From contig QPMI01000450.1 in assembly GCA_004431415.1 (NCBI GenBank), forward strand, positions 1 to 39,195: a stretch of 39,195 nucleotides of DNA, given 5' to 3'. A model generated the notes under the pieces. That model was not told the origin of the DNA. It worked only from the letters and a program-made list of their open reading frames with translations, and ran no database searches. Positions 30,525 through 39,195 of this stretch are shown here, piece by piece; the stretch's first letter is position 1; every line of letters starts with the position of its first letter. The position numbers were made by a program, and so were the translations under genes. This DNA comes from Cyanophora paradoxa CCMP329. Its lineage: Eukaryota; Plantae; Glaucophyta.

Positions 30525-31169
30525 ATGACTTCCAACTGGTACCAGACCCTCAGCGGCTCACTTGACGTTGGCAACAACACCAAGGATTTCGCACGCATAC
30601 CCTCCGGCAGTTACGTCGACGTCTTTCTGCAGAATCCCGTCGTGATTCAGGTCGTTCAGAACGCCTACGCCACGCCCAAGATTTATTCCTACCAGCTCTT
30701 CTTCGACCCTCTGAGCCTCAGCGCAGAGGTTATCGAGCTGCTGCACGAATCAGGACTCGTGAAAAAGGTGGCACCTGCCACGGCCACTGCCAACGTCTTG
30801 CGCTGTCTCGAGGTCAAGTTCAGGGAGACGGGGTACGGCCCCACCGTGAACCGGTACCCCAGTTCTTCGAATCTTCCGGGTACGGGAACTTACCAGATGA
30901 GGGGTACGCTCAAGGGCGACGTGCTCTTCACGAAATTCAATCCAAGTCCCGCGACCCTGGGGCCCTCTACACGGGCGGCAACCCACGCGGCTCGACTCTA
31001 CCCCGCTTCCCCTTCACCTTTTTCAGGTTCCAGGTCTTCCCCCTCTCCTACGCCGCCGACCAGCCCCACTTCAGCACGGGCGCCAGCCTCTGCGCGGAGC
31101 TGCGTGAGTGCTCGATTTCCTACGCGTACGGCACCGACGCTGACTCTGTGCCTGGGGCCCGCGTCATGA
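30525..31169 (+). CDS. Hypothetical protein, paralog of the next gene; C-terminal frame probably shifted
   Basis: QNPV, SGLVKK, LEVKF, LFTKF motifs shared with 31228..32040. Confidence 0.65.
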   Translation: MTSNWYQTLSGSLDVGNNTKDFARIPSGSYVDVFLQNPVVIQVVQNAYATPKIYSYQLFFDPLSLSAEVIELLHESGLVKKVAPATATANVLRCLEVKFRETGYGPTVNRYPSSSNLPGTGTYQMRGTLKGDVLFTKFNPSPATLGPSTRAATHAARLYPASPSPFSGSRSSPSPTPPTSPTSARAPASARSCVSARFPTRTAPTLTLCLGPAS

Positions 31170-31227
31170 ACATCGGTGGCGACATCACCCTCTTTCACGG
31201 ATAATCTTTCTCATTTGAGGTCGCAAA

Positions 31228-32040
31228 ATGCCGACCACCTCGGCCACCATCGTGAAGACCGTGTCTGCCGGCTCGATCGTCCCCGATTTCTACGGCAACG
31301 CTGGGAACGTGGCCAACGCAGGGACGGACAAGGTGGAGTGGGACGGAAACTACGCCACCCCGCTCACCGTGAGGGTCCAGAATCCCGTCATGTTGCGCGT
31401 CACCTCCAACGATTTCGAGAATCCCGCCTCCTGCTCCGTGTACGTGTACTTTGACATCGACTCGGGCGTGAGCGCGGATGAGGCGGAGGCGCTCTGGCTC
31501 TCGGGCCTCCTGAAAAAGATAGAGCCCTCTGTGCCTGATCGGCCCGCCATTCGCGTGCTCGAACTCAAGTTCACCGCTAACACCGCCCTCACTCGCAAAT
31601 TCGGGAATGGTGCGAATCCGAACATCAAAACGCATTTAGATGGCGCCCTCATCGATGCCACACACAAGACCACGCAGGCCGTTCCCTTTGAGATGTACAA
31701 CCTCTGGAAGATGACCGCAAAGGAGATGATGACGAATGCCACCACGGGCGGCGCCTCGGGTACCGATTATTCATACGGCGCCTCGAATCCCCGTACCCAG
31801 GTCTGGCCCCGGCTCCTCTTCACGAAATTCACTTTCAAATTGTACAACAACATCGCCGGAATGCCTACCTCTGGAATGGTCGTGGGCTCTACCCTCATGG
31901 CCGAACTAATTGAGGCAGAGGCGGACTACACGACTGCGACTACCAACTCGACAGCGCCAGGCGCCGGAGCCGAAGTTTACGTGGCCTGGGAAACGGTCGG
32001 TCGCGAGTACGACACCAAGATTCACACCACTAGCGTCTAG
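31228..32040 (+). CDS. Hypothetical beta-rich protein (possibly structural)
   Basis: 270 aa intact ORF, AAAATG start. Confidence 0.75.
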   Translation: MPTTSATIVKTVSAGSIVPDFYGNAGNVANAGTDKVEWDGNYATPLTVRVQNPVMLRVTSNDFENPASCSVYVYFDIDSGVSADEAEALWLSGLLKKIEPSVPDRPAIRVLELKFTANTALTRKFGNGANPNIKTHLDGALIDATHKTTQAVPFEMYNLWKMTAKEMMTNATTGGASGTDYSYGASNPRTQVWPRLLFTKFTFKLYNNIAGMPTSGMVVGSTLMAELIEAEADYTTATTNSTAPGAGAEVYVAWETVGREYDTKIHTTSV

Positions 32041-32395
32041 ACTGGCTAAGCTGCATTAGCACCTGTGTCGCCTCCATCATCTCCCGAATCTCCTCGCTCT
32101 TCTCCTGTAAATTGGCGTACCCCCTCCTCTTCTTGCGAATCTCCGACATTGATGCCCAGCGCAGGTTCTCCCTCCTGTAGTCCAGCGGGTTGCCGTTGAT
32201 GTGTTCCACGTAGCGTCCACGTGGCGACTTCCCGAGGATCAGCTGGGAGAGGTAGTGCTTGCGCCCTCCAAACGTCTTGCTCACCCTGTCCCTGTCCACT
32301 CTCCAGGGAAACTCCAAGGCACTCGGGGGTACGTCCGAGTTGACCAGGACGTTGTAGGCGACGTCTTGCGAGTCGGTGCACCGGAGCAGGGCCAT
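32030..32395 (-). CDS. HNH endonuclease-like protein (HNH_3 type), degenerate active site
   Basis: YLSQLILG...[20 protein letters not shown] versus consensus VDHINGNxLDNRxxNLRWxT. Confidence 0.8.
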   Translation of the reverse strand: MALLRCTDSQDVAYNVLVNSDVPPSALEFPWRVDRDRVSKTFGGRKHYLSQLILGKSPRGRYVEHINGNPLDYRRENLRWASMSEIRKKRRGYANLQEKSEEIREMMEATQVLMQLSQSRR

Positions 32396-32419
32396 TTTGC
32401 CCTAGGTTCAGAAAAACCT

Positions 32420-32507
32420 GGGACTTGGGACTTGGGACTTGGGACTTGGGACTTGGGACTTGGGACTTGGGACTTGGGACTTGGGACTTGGGACTTGGGA
32501 CTTGGGA
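32420..32507 (+). repeat. Telomere-like tandem array (GGGACTT)x12
   Basis: 12 perfect heptamers plus GGGA. Confidence 0.97.
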
Positions 32508-32616
32508 AGAGTTGAAACCCAGGTCCCGGCCCAGACTTTCTCCAGGATCAGAAATTTGTCAGACAAGTCAGGTGAGTTTTTCTACCGACTTTTTTACTCC
32601 TACCACTCCTCATACT

Positions 32617-32662
32617 CTTTTTTACTCGTAGTCTTTTTTACTCGTAGTCTTTTTTACTCGTA
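32617..32662 (+). repeat. Short tandem repeat of TTTTTTACTCGTAGTC (~2.8 copies)
   Basis: Directly visible between the two inverted heptamer arrays. Confidence 0.85.
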
Positions 32663-32948
32663 TCCCATCTCGTACCCTCCTTCTCTCGACATCTCACACG
32701 AAAACTCCTACCCCTCTTCACATCCGTTTTCGGTTGCATACTCTCGTGAGCTTTCATGTCCAGTATCATGCTACAAGTCGTACACCAGTTCAGACTCTAC
32801 CTCGCTTGAAATCTCACCTGGAATGTCACCAGAAACGTCATATGCAGATTTCCGTACCCCTCTACATGTCTGCCCGGTGGTTAGGGACTTGGCGCGGCAA
32901 ACTCTCAGATCCAGAGAGATTCTGGGCCCAGACCCTGAGTCTAACTCT

Positions 32949-33001
32949 TCCCAAGTCCCAAGTCCCAAGTCCCAAGTCCCAAGTCCCAAGTCCCAAGTCC
33001 C
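32949..33001 (-). repeat. Telomere-like tandem array (GGGACTT)x7, inverted relative to 32420
   Basis: (AAGTCCC)x7 on the plus strand. Confidence 0.97.
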
Positions 33002-33071
33002 AGGATCGCGCCAAGTCGTAACTGAATAGTCGGCCAATTTTTACAAGTATGTACAATGGAATGACGCAATA

Positions 33072-34140
33072 CTATTTACAGCATCTCAAAGTCAGAGTCA
33101 TCGTCATCGGAAACCAACTCAATGAGGCCCTCGGGCGCCGACTTAAGGGAATGCGGGGAAGGGACTGCGCTGCCTGCACCAAGTCCTGCCGCTCGCGCTC
33201 GCGCTGCGCCGCCAAGGCCGCTGCCGCCTCTGCCTCGCGCTGCTGCTGAGCCTCGATGCGCGCCTTGAGCTCGGCCGCCTCCTTCTGCTTGCGCTCGGCG
33301 ATCCGCGCCTTGTTGATCTGGTACTGGACAAGGCGCTCGTGGCGCCGCTTGCGCTCCAACTCCTTGCGGAGCTCGTTGCAGAGGACGCGCTTCTCAATGG
33401 TCTTGACGTGCTGAGTCAGGCGCTCGCTGTAGTGTGACGTCACGCGAGAACGGGCAATGCCGGCGCCGAGCTTCAAGTCCTTCTCGTGTGCCTTGGCGGG
33501 TCCTTGACGCGCTCGGAGTTGTCGGTGAATGACGTAGTCTCCATGAACTTCTTCTTGACGATTGACTTGGTCTTGATAATGCGGCGCTTGCGAGTCGGGT
33601 TTTCGTTGTCGCCTTCAGAGTCAGAAGACGACTCAGAGTCGTATGGAATCGGCACGTCAAAGTCGATGAAGTCGTTGATGTCAGACTCGACGTCAGAGGC
33701 CTCGGACTTGGCGTCATCGGCGGGCTCGGGGCGGGCTCGGCGACGGGCTGAGGGGCAGATGACGACGATGACGGAGGGGGGTAATTCGTGAAGACTTGAG
33801 GGGGTAGGCCCAGGCGAGCGTCTCGGCAGCAGACTCGGCGAAAAGCTTGGGGTCGCCCCAGCCGTTGGCGGTCTTGACCCAGCCGGGGACGGGGGCACGT
33901 CGACGGGGGGCTCGGGCTTGGGTTGCTTGGACTTGGATTTCTTGGCCTTGGACGTGAAGGCGGACTTGGGAGAAGTTGCACTTCGGGGCCAGTGGCGCGT
34001 AAGATGGCATAATTGTAGATGTACCCCAGAGCGTCGGCGCGCTGCTCCATCTCAGGGGTAGCCCCTTGAGTGCCACCGGAGTTAGCCCACGTTGCTTGGA
34101 CAAAGGCGAAGTCCTCGGCAAGCTCAGCGGGAATCGACAT
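33072..34140 (-). pseudogene. Frameshifted gene: Pro-rich, acidic and coiled-coil regions (fragments 33394.., 33714.., 33473.., 33072..)
   Basis: Protein-like sequence runs from MSIPAELAEDF (ATG 34140) through several frames to the coiled coil ending at 33072. Confidence 0.55.
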
Positions 34141-34476
34141 CTGCGCAAAGGGAAAAGAAATCAGCAAAGGCAAAACGTGAGGTGACTGTGAGGGCGGACT
34201 TGTGAAAATTCGGAGAGGCAGGGTTTCCTTGGGCTGAGAGAAGGCGGCGAACCCGTTTCAAGAGTGAGGCAAAATGGCGGCGGACCGCGGTTTTGTGGGC
34301 GAATTTTTTCCTGGGCTAGTTCGCAACGGAAAACGTTGCCAACTGGCCTGAAAAAGCCAAATTTAGCGTTGGACCGAAGACAGAAAAAGGAGCCGGCCTG
34401 ACGGAAATTGCCCGAGTGCGTCCGCCGAAGGTCGAGTCTCGGATGGGGGTACACCCTCAGGGGCCCCCCTGGCCCC

Positions 34477-34947
34477 TCACCCTGGTAGTACCCTCTCAAA
34501 GGGATTTTCGAAGCCGTACAATTCTTGGTAAGTCTCGTAATCCGGGCTGTACCCCCTCACAATCTGCGGGAGCCCCATTGAAAGCCTCCGTCTATCCTCT
34601 CTCAATTCCCTGCGGAAAAGTCTACGGTCTTCTCGAGCTTCGCGCGTCACGCCAGCTGGGCGTGGTCTATGATTGTTAGGGTTGTCGTAGCCTGGTCCCA
34701 CCAGCCTCACGAAATTTTCGCGTATGGCCTCGGGGAGACTCTGGAAACGGTTCGTTGCGTGGAACTCGATCCATTCATTGAATCGACGCGGATATTGACG
34801 GATGACTTCAAGCACGCCCTGTGTGTTGGGCTCTGGTGTTATGTCGGGAATGTCATGTCCTGTGAGGTGCCAACGCCAGAACTCGCGCAGCCTCTCGAAT
34901 GCCATATGCAACTCAAAGGGGAAATCGTAATAGAGATTGCCTGACAT
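34477..34947 (-). CDS. Hypothetical protein (156 aa from MSGNLYYDFPF)
   Basis: AAATTTTCGG...AAAAATG at 34947; the longer track ORF merely reads through the repeat array. Confidence 0.65.
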   Translation of the reverse strand: MSGNLYYDFPFELHMAFERLREFWRWHLTGHDIPDITPEPNTQGVLEVIRQYPRRFNEWIEFHATNRFQSLPEAIRENFVRLVGPGYDNPNNHRPRPAGVTREAREDRRLFRRELREDRRRLSMGLPQIVRGYSPDYETYQELYGFENPFERVLPG

Positions 34948-35003
34948 TTTTCTCCCCCTCCGAAAATTTCCCCGTTTTGAGTCCAGACTCTGATTCCAAC
35001 TCT

Positions 35004-35056
35004 TCCCAAGTCCCAAGTCCCAAGTCCCAAGTCCCAAGTCCCAAGTCCCAGGTCCC
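35004..35056 (-). repeat. Telomere-like tandem array (GGGACTT)x6 plus one variant unit
   Basis: (AAGTCCC)x6 then AGGTCCC on the plus strand. Confidence 0.97.
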
Positions 35057-35183
35057 ATTTTTCTCCCATTTCAGTCCGAGATTTTGCCCAAGTCCAAATC
35101 CGGGCCCGGGATTCGAACCCTCGTTTTCGGTCGATTTCACGCGTGAAAAACGCACTTTTCGGCCTTTTCCGATTTTTCCTTTC

Positions 35184-35293
35184 TCGCGATCGCAGAAATG
35201 CCCCCGATCTCGAAATCGCGATCGAAAAGGGTCGCGATCGGGAGAAAGTCGCGATCACCAGGGTCGCGATCGGGTCGCGATCGCCGCGATCGC
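35184..35293. repeat. Cluster of CGCGATC(G) motifs (~7 copies)
   Basis: Irregularly spaced TCGCGATCG-type palindromic units. Confidence 0.8.
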
Positions 35294-35544
35294 CAGCCTC
35301 GGAGGGGGTACCCCCACAGCTGTTGCGGCGGTTATAAGAACCTCCGCAATCCAAGCGTCACTTCCGAGTCTCGAGCTCTCGGAGTTGCCTTTTCGCGTTT
35401 GGCCCATTGATGGCCCTCTTATATAATTAGTGCAGGATCTGATCCCATTCCCGTCAACATCGAGAGTTTAGTTTTGTATTTGAACAAATTATATATATAT
35501 ATTTCTCCCCCTTTGTAATTCAGATCAGATCCAAACCTCATGAC

Positions 35545-36880
35545 CATTGCGATTGCGATTAATATAGGACGTCTTCAAGGCTTAGCTTTGATCTGCGATT
35601 ACGATTAGCTAGGGCGTCCTTAATCTGCGATTACGATCAGGGGTTGGACGCCGTGTGACGAAAGTTGGACGAAAGTTGGACGAAAGTTGGACGAAAGTAG
35701 TACGAAAAGTTGGACGAAAGTCGGTCTTCATGCGTACGCCTGCACGCACAACAGACCAGCGCTAGCCGCCGCGCCGACCAGCCACATACGTCTGAGGCCG
35801 AGGTAGTGTACATTTCCACGCGCGCGCCAGACTACGGACGCGACGATGAACACTCCCTCGGTGCGGCCGTGCGACATGTGAGTCGCGAGCCCACGTCGGT
35901 CGGACTCCTTCGATCGATTTCGTGCTGTACACAAGCATCCCGCCCGCCAAAGCTCTCGATGCGCTTGGGCGCACCGCGGGCTGCGGGCGCGCGCTCAGCG
36001 GCTACGGAGGGCATCTGCGGGCGTATATCTCAGAGATCGTTGCGAGAGCCGTCCGGCCGCGCCGCCGGCTCTCCTGGTCATGGCTCAAGCTTAAGAGTGA
36101 GGCCCGCCGGACGAGCCCCGTTCCAGGCGTCGCAGGGAGGTGAACCAAACACGCCGTGTGTGACGGGTTTAAGCTTAAGCGCAAGATGTAATTGCGAATG
36201 CATATGCAAGCTTGAACGCCGGCGCAGCCTGGCCCAGTGGCAGCGCTAGCGCAGCCTGGCCCCTGGCCCTGGCAGCAGCGGCGATTAAGATTAGACGTAC
36301 GTTTCTTCTGATGCTTAAGAAGGCGGTTGAGGTTATGTTTTGCGATTACGACTACGCTTTGCGATTACAACTTAGCCTACGAGGTTACGCTTTGCGATTA
36401 CGACCTAGCCTACTAGGCTACGAGTCGCGAGCCTCAGCGCTTTGCGTTCAGGTTTCAAAAGTTTCCTATTGCGATTACGACTAGACGCCGCAGCTTTCTA
36501 GCTTCGAATTCGATTTATTAACCTGCGATTATGATCTATTAAAACAGACCTGCGATTAAATTGGTGTTCGAGCTATTTAGTGTTTGTTTTGCGATTACGA
36601 TTTGATGTGATCTAGCTTTAATGTTGCGATTAAGGTTAAATTATAATTAGAAGTCTCTTCTGATGTTTAAATTTGGCAAGTTGCCAAATTTAAACAACGA
36701 TCTCTGAGATATCCGCACGCAGATGCCCTCCGTAGCGCGCGCCCGCAGCCCGCAGGGTGCCGAAGTGCATCGAGAGCTAGGGGCTTGTCCAGCGGGCCTT
36801 GCTCTTCGGGCCAGGTGAGCCGGCGGCGCGGCCGGGCGGCTCTCGCAACTATCTCTGAGATGTCTGCCCGCAGATGTCCG
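35545..36880. repeat. Repeat-rich flank: ~12 TGCGATTA(CGA) units, (GACGAAAGTTG)n at 35657-35721, inverted ~80-130 bp repeats (35950-36078 versus 36697-36778 and 36811-36876), hairpin at 36664-36696
   Basis: Directly visible repeats; no credible ORF. Confidence 0.8.
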
Positions 36881-37786
36881 CGGGGCGCAGTCCGCGAGAG
36901 CTCGGGGCTTGTGCTCTCCAGGACTCAGGGACTTCTTCTCCTTCGTAATTTCTTGCTCATCGATTCGAAATGATAATCATGCTTTTTTTTCCATCAACTT
37001 GTTCCTGATGCCACATCCCCCCGGGTCCACATGTACACCCACCCCTCACGAGCCCCACCCCCTACGCCTCGGGAAAATCTGTGTCGAAGGCCCCATATGC
37101 TATGACAGGGCGCTACGGGGCGCTGGGGCGTCGGCGCTACGCGCGCCGACGCTCGTAGCTAGCGCTCGGCTCCCATCCCCTTTTCCCCATCAGGGCACCA
37201 GTCCCTGCGGGTTACGCTCTCACCCAAACAGCACGGGTACAGTTAAAGCGCTGTAGGTAGGAGGTCCGGCGCGCCCGTAGCGTAGAAAGAGCAAGTTGCG
37301 GTGACTGAAGATGAGAATACCATGAGCAGTTGTAAAAATGTAGGATCAAAATGATCAATTTCTTTATAAGCATCAACAATGTTTAATCCCGCCGTACGCG
37401 TCCGGGCCTAGCGCTAGCTAACGTAAGCGAGCTCGTAATCGGATTTCGCCCCCGCCGTACGCGTCCGGGCCCGGCGGCCTATCGATATCTAGCCCGCCGG
37501 CGCCGCGCTTCTAGATCTCGCCTGCGGTTCGGTCGTCCACTGACCTCCGAGGCTCCTCTTTCGCGGCGCGGACGGCCTCCCCGTGACGTACGATTACATC
37601 AACGGGCTCATTAAGGAGGTAGCGGCCGCCTCCGCGACCTCCGCGTCCTTGGCGGCTGGTCCCACCCGGTGACTCAGTGTGACTGCAGCACCAAAGCTCA
37701 AGCCGCTGATCCGAGCTCGAGCCGACCAAGCCGCCGAACTCGTGCTCAAGCCGGCCACCGGGAGTACACAAGTTTTTGCGATCACC

Positions 37787-38854
37787 ATGAGGTTCGCTTC
37801 CTGTCGCGCTGCGTTGGCTCTAGCGCTGCGCTCCCCGCACGCCGGCGCCGTCTAGGGAACGCGCCCTACGCCGATAGCTTTGACCGGGCCGGGGGTCGTG
37901 GTCGCGCGGCCCGCGCGTGGCGCGCGCTGGCGCGTGAGCCGAGCGCTGACGCGTGTCTCCGCAGCAAGCTGGCGAAAGAAGTCCTGCAGGAGGGCATCCG
38001 GTCGATGCTCTCGTCCTCCAAGGATGAGAAGACCAAGCGCGGCTTCCTGGAGTCTGTTGAGCTCCAGATCGGCCTGAAGAACTACGACCCGCAGAAGGAC
38101 AAGCGTTTCAGCGGCACTCTCCGCCTCCCGCACGTCCCGCGCCCGAAGTTCGCGGTCTGCGTCATTGGCGACCAGGTTCACTGCGACCAGGCCAAGGCTC
38201 TCGGCGTGGACTTCATCGATATGGACGGTCTGAAGAAGTTCAACAAGAACAAGAAGATCATCAAGAAGTTCGGTGCCTGTCTTTCAGCTCTAGCTATGTG
38301 TCGTTCATGCTCCCTGTTGACGATTGGCCTTTGCAGCCAAGAAGTACAACGCTTTCCTGTCGTCGGACTCCGTCATCAAGCAGATTCCTCGTGTTCTTGG
38401 CCCCGGCCTCAACAAGGCGGGCAAGTTCCCGAGCTCCATCACCCACACCGATGACCTGAACGACAAGGTGCCTTTTCCTCGTTGACAGGATGCTGTAACT
38501 TTCGGCATACGGGCCTCTTATACATCGACGCCGTAGATTAAGGAGCAGAAGGGCTCGATCAAGTTCCAGCTGAAGAAAGTTCTGTGCCTTGGTGTCGCCG
38601 TCGGCAACGTCGACATGACCCCCGAGCAGCTGGTTCGCAAGCTTTTCGTGTTGTTTCATTTCGGCGCTGACGTTGTTTGCAGCAACTGAACGTCACCCTG
38701 ACGGTCAACTTCCTTGTGTCGCTTCTGAAGAAGAACTGGCAGAACGTGAAGTCCATCGTCATGAAGTCCACCATGGGCAAGCCCATCCGCCTGGTGCGTC
38801 TTTGCTCTTTCATCGAATCATTACCTACATCTGAATGTGCGTTCACAGTACTGA
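37787..38854 (+). CDS. RPL10A: Host 60S ribosomal protein uL1 (L10a); exons 37787-37791, 37965-38272, 38337-38467, 38537-38632, 38683-38793, 38849-38854 (218 aa)
   Basis: MSKL...[25 protein letters not shown]...[19 protein letters not shown]...[16 protein letters not shown]...[24 protein letters not shown]; five GT-AG introns restore a continuous frame. Confidence 0.97.
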
Positions 38855-39195
38855 GAGGCTCATGCATTGATTGGACGCACCCCCTTGCCGGACACCAAAT
38901 TACCAAGACGAGGGCCTGTGCCCTGCTGTCGTTGGGAGCCATGTCTTTGCTCTATCATGATCGCAATCGAAACAGAGATTTTACGCGGGGGGGGGGGGGG
39001 GGCGCGCATGCACACGGGCCCTCTCTCGAGCTCACATGCACGTGCACCCTCTTGGCGAGAGCTTCGACATCTGTAGAGCTCGAGGGGGTGACATGATGTG
39101 TGTGCATGCACACATGCGCGGGCCCTGTTCAGCAAGGATGATCGATATCATGATCATGAGATGGCGGCTGCGGTGGCAGTCCGATGCATATATAT

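Larger units (their letters stand above)
1..35430. mobile_element. Endogenous Mriyaviricetes-like (small Nucleocytoviricota-related) viral element; left end outside window, right boundary approximate
   Basis: Dense, almost intron-free genes: DJR capsid, A32 ATPase, RuvC, VLTF3, SSB-like protein, two HUH endonucleases, fibres. A shared upstream motif precedes most genes. Coding density ends near 35 kb and an intron-containing eukaryotic housekeeping gene follows. Confidence 0.8.

Noticed and set aside
32201-33056. ORFs with LGTWDLG or SQVPSPK repeats
   Set aside because: Translations of the (GGGACTT)n arrays; no evidence of coding
1-35430. Polinton/Maverick, virophage or Helitron classification
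   Set aside because: No pPolB, rve integrase, adenain protease or Rep-Pif1 fusion seen; capsid is NCLDV-like and VLTF3 plus RuvC are present (left end not visible)
35545-36640. TGCGATTACGA units as a CRISPR or guide array
   Set aside because: Units are short, degenerate and irregularly spaced, with no uniform spacers
37669-38454. 261-aa ORF as an N-terminally extended or virus-encoded ribosomal protein
   Set aside because: Read-through of introns; splicing gives a normal-length host RPL10A outside the viral region

Overview
Bases 1 to ~35,430 are a compact, GC-rich eukaryotic dsDNA virus genome, truncated at the left edge of the window and joined on the right to host DNA. The virus encodes an NCLDV-type double-jelly-roll major capsid protein, an A32-like packaging ATPase, a RuvC/A22-like resolvase, VLTF3, a probable ssDNA-binding protein, a DUF5767-like protein, two tandem HUH (rolling-circle Rep-like) endonucleases, and fibre genes. 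No DNA polymerase, RNA polymerase or integrase is visible in the window. This gene set best fits a Mriyaviricetes-like virus (small Nucleocytoviricota relatives, such as Yaravirus), apparently endogenised. After ~2 kb of repeat-rich DNA comes an intact six-exon host ribosomal protein uL1/RPL10A gene. The most unusual non-coding structure is a family of related inverted-repeat modules. One is a nested, iteron-bearing set of four repeats at 3.7-5.1 kb. The others are three telomere-like (GGGACTT)n arrays at 32.4-35.1 kb. These are candidate cis targets (origin, recombination or integration sites) for the HUH pair. Two promoter motif classes and a host-style intron in a viral 5' leader are also readable. 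Many viral genes carry frameshifts, which may be decay or assembly error. All protein assignments come from motif recognition by eye; no searches were run.
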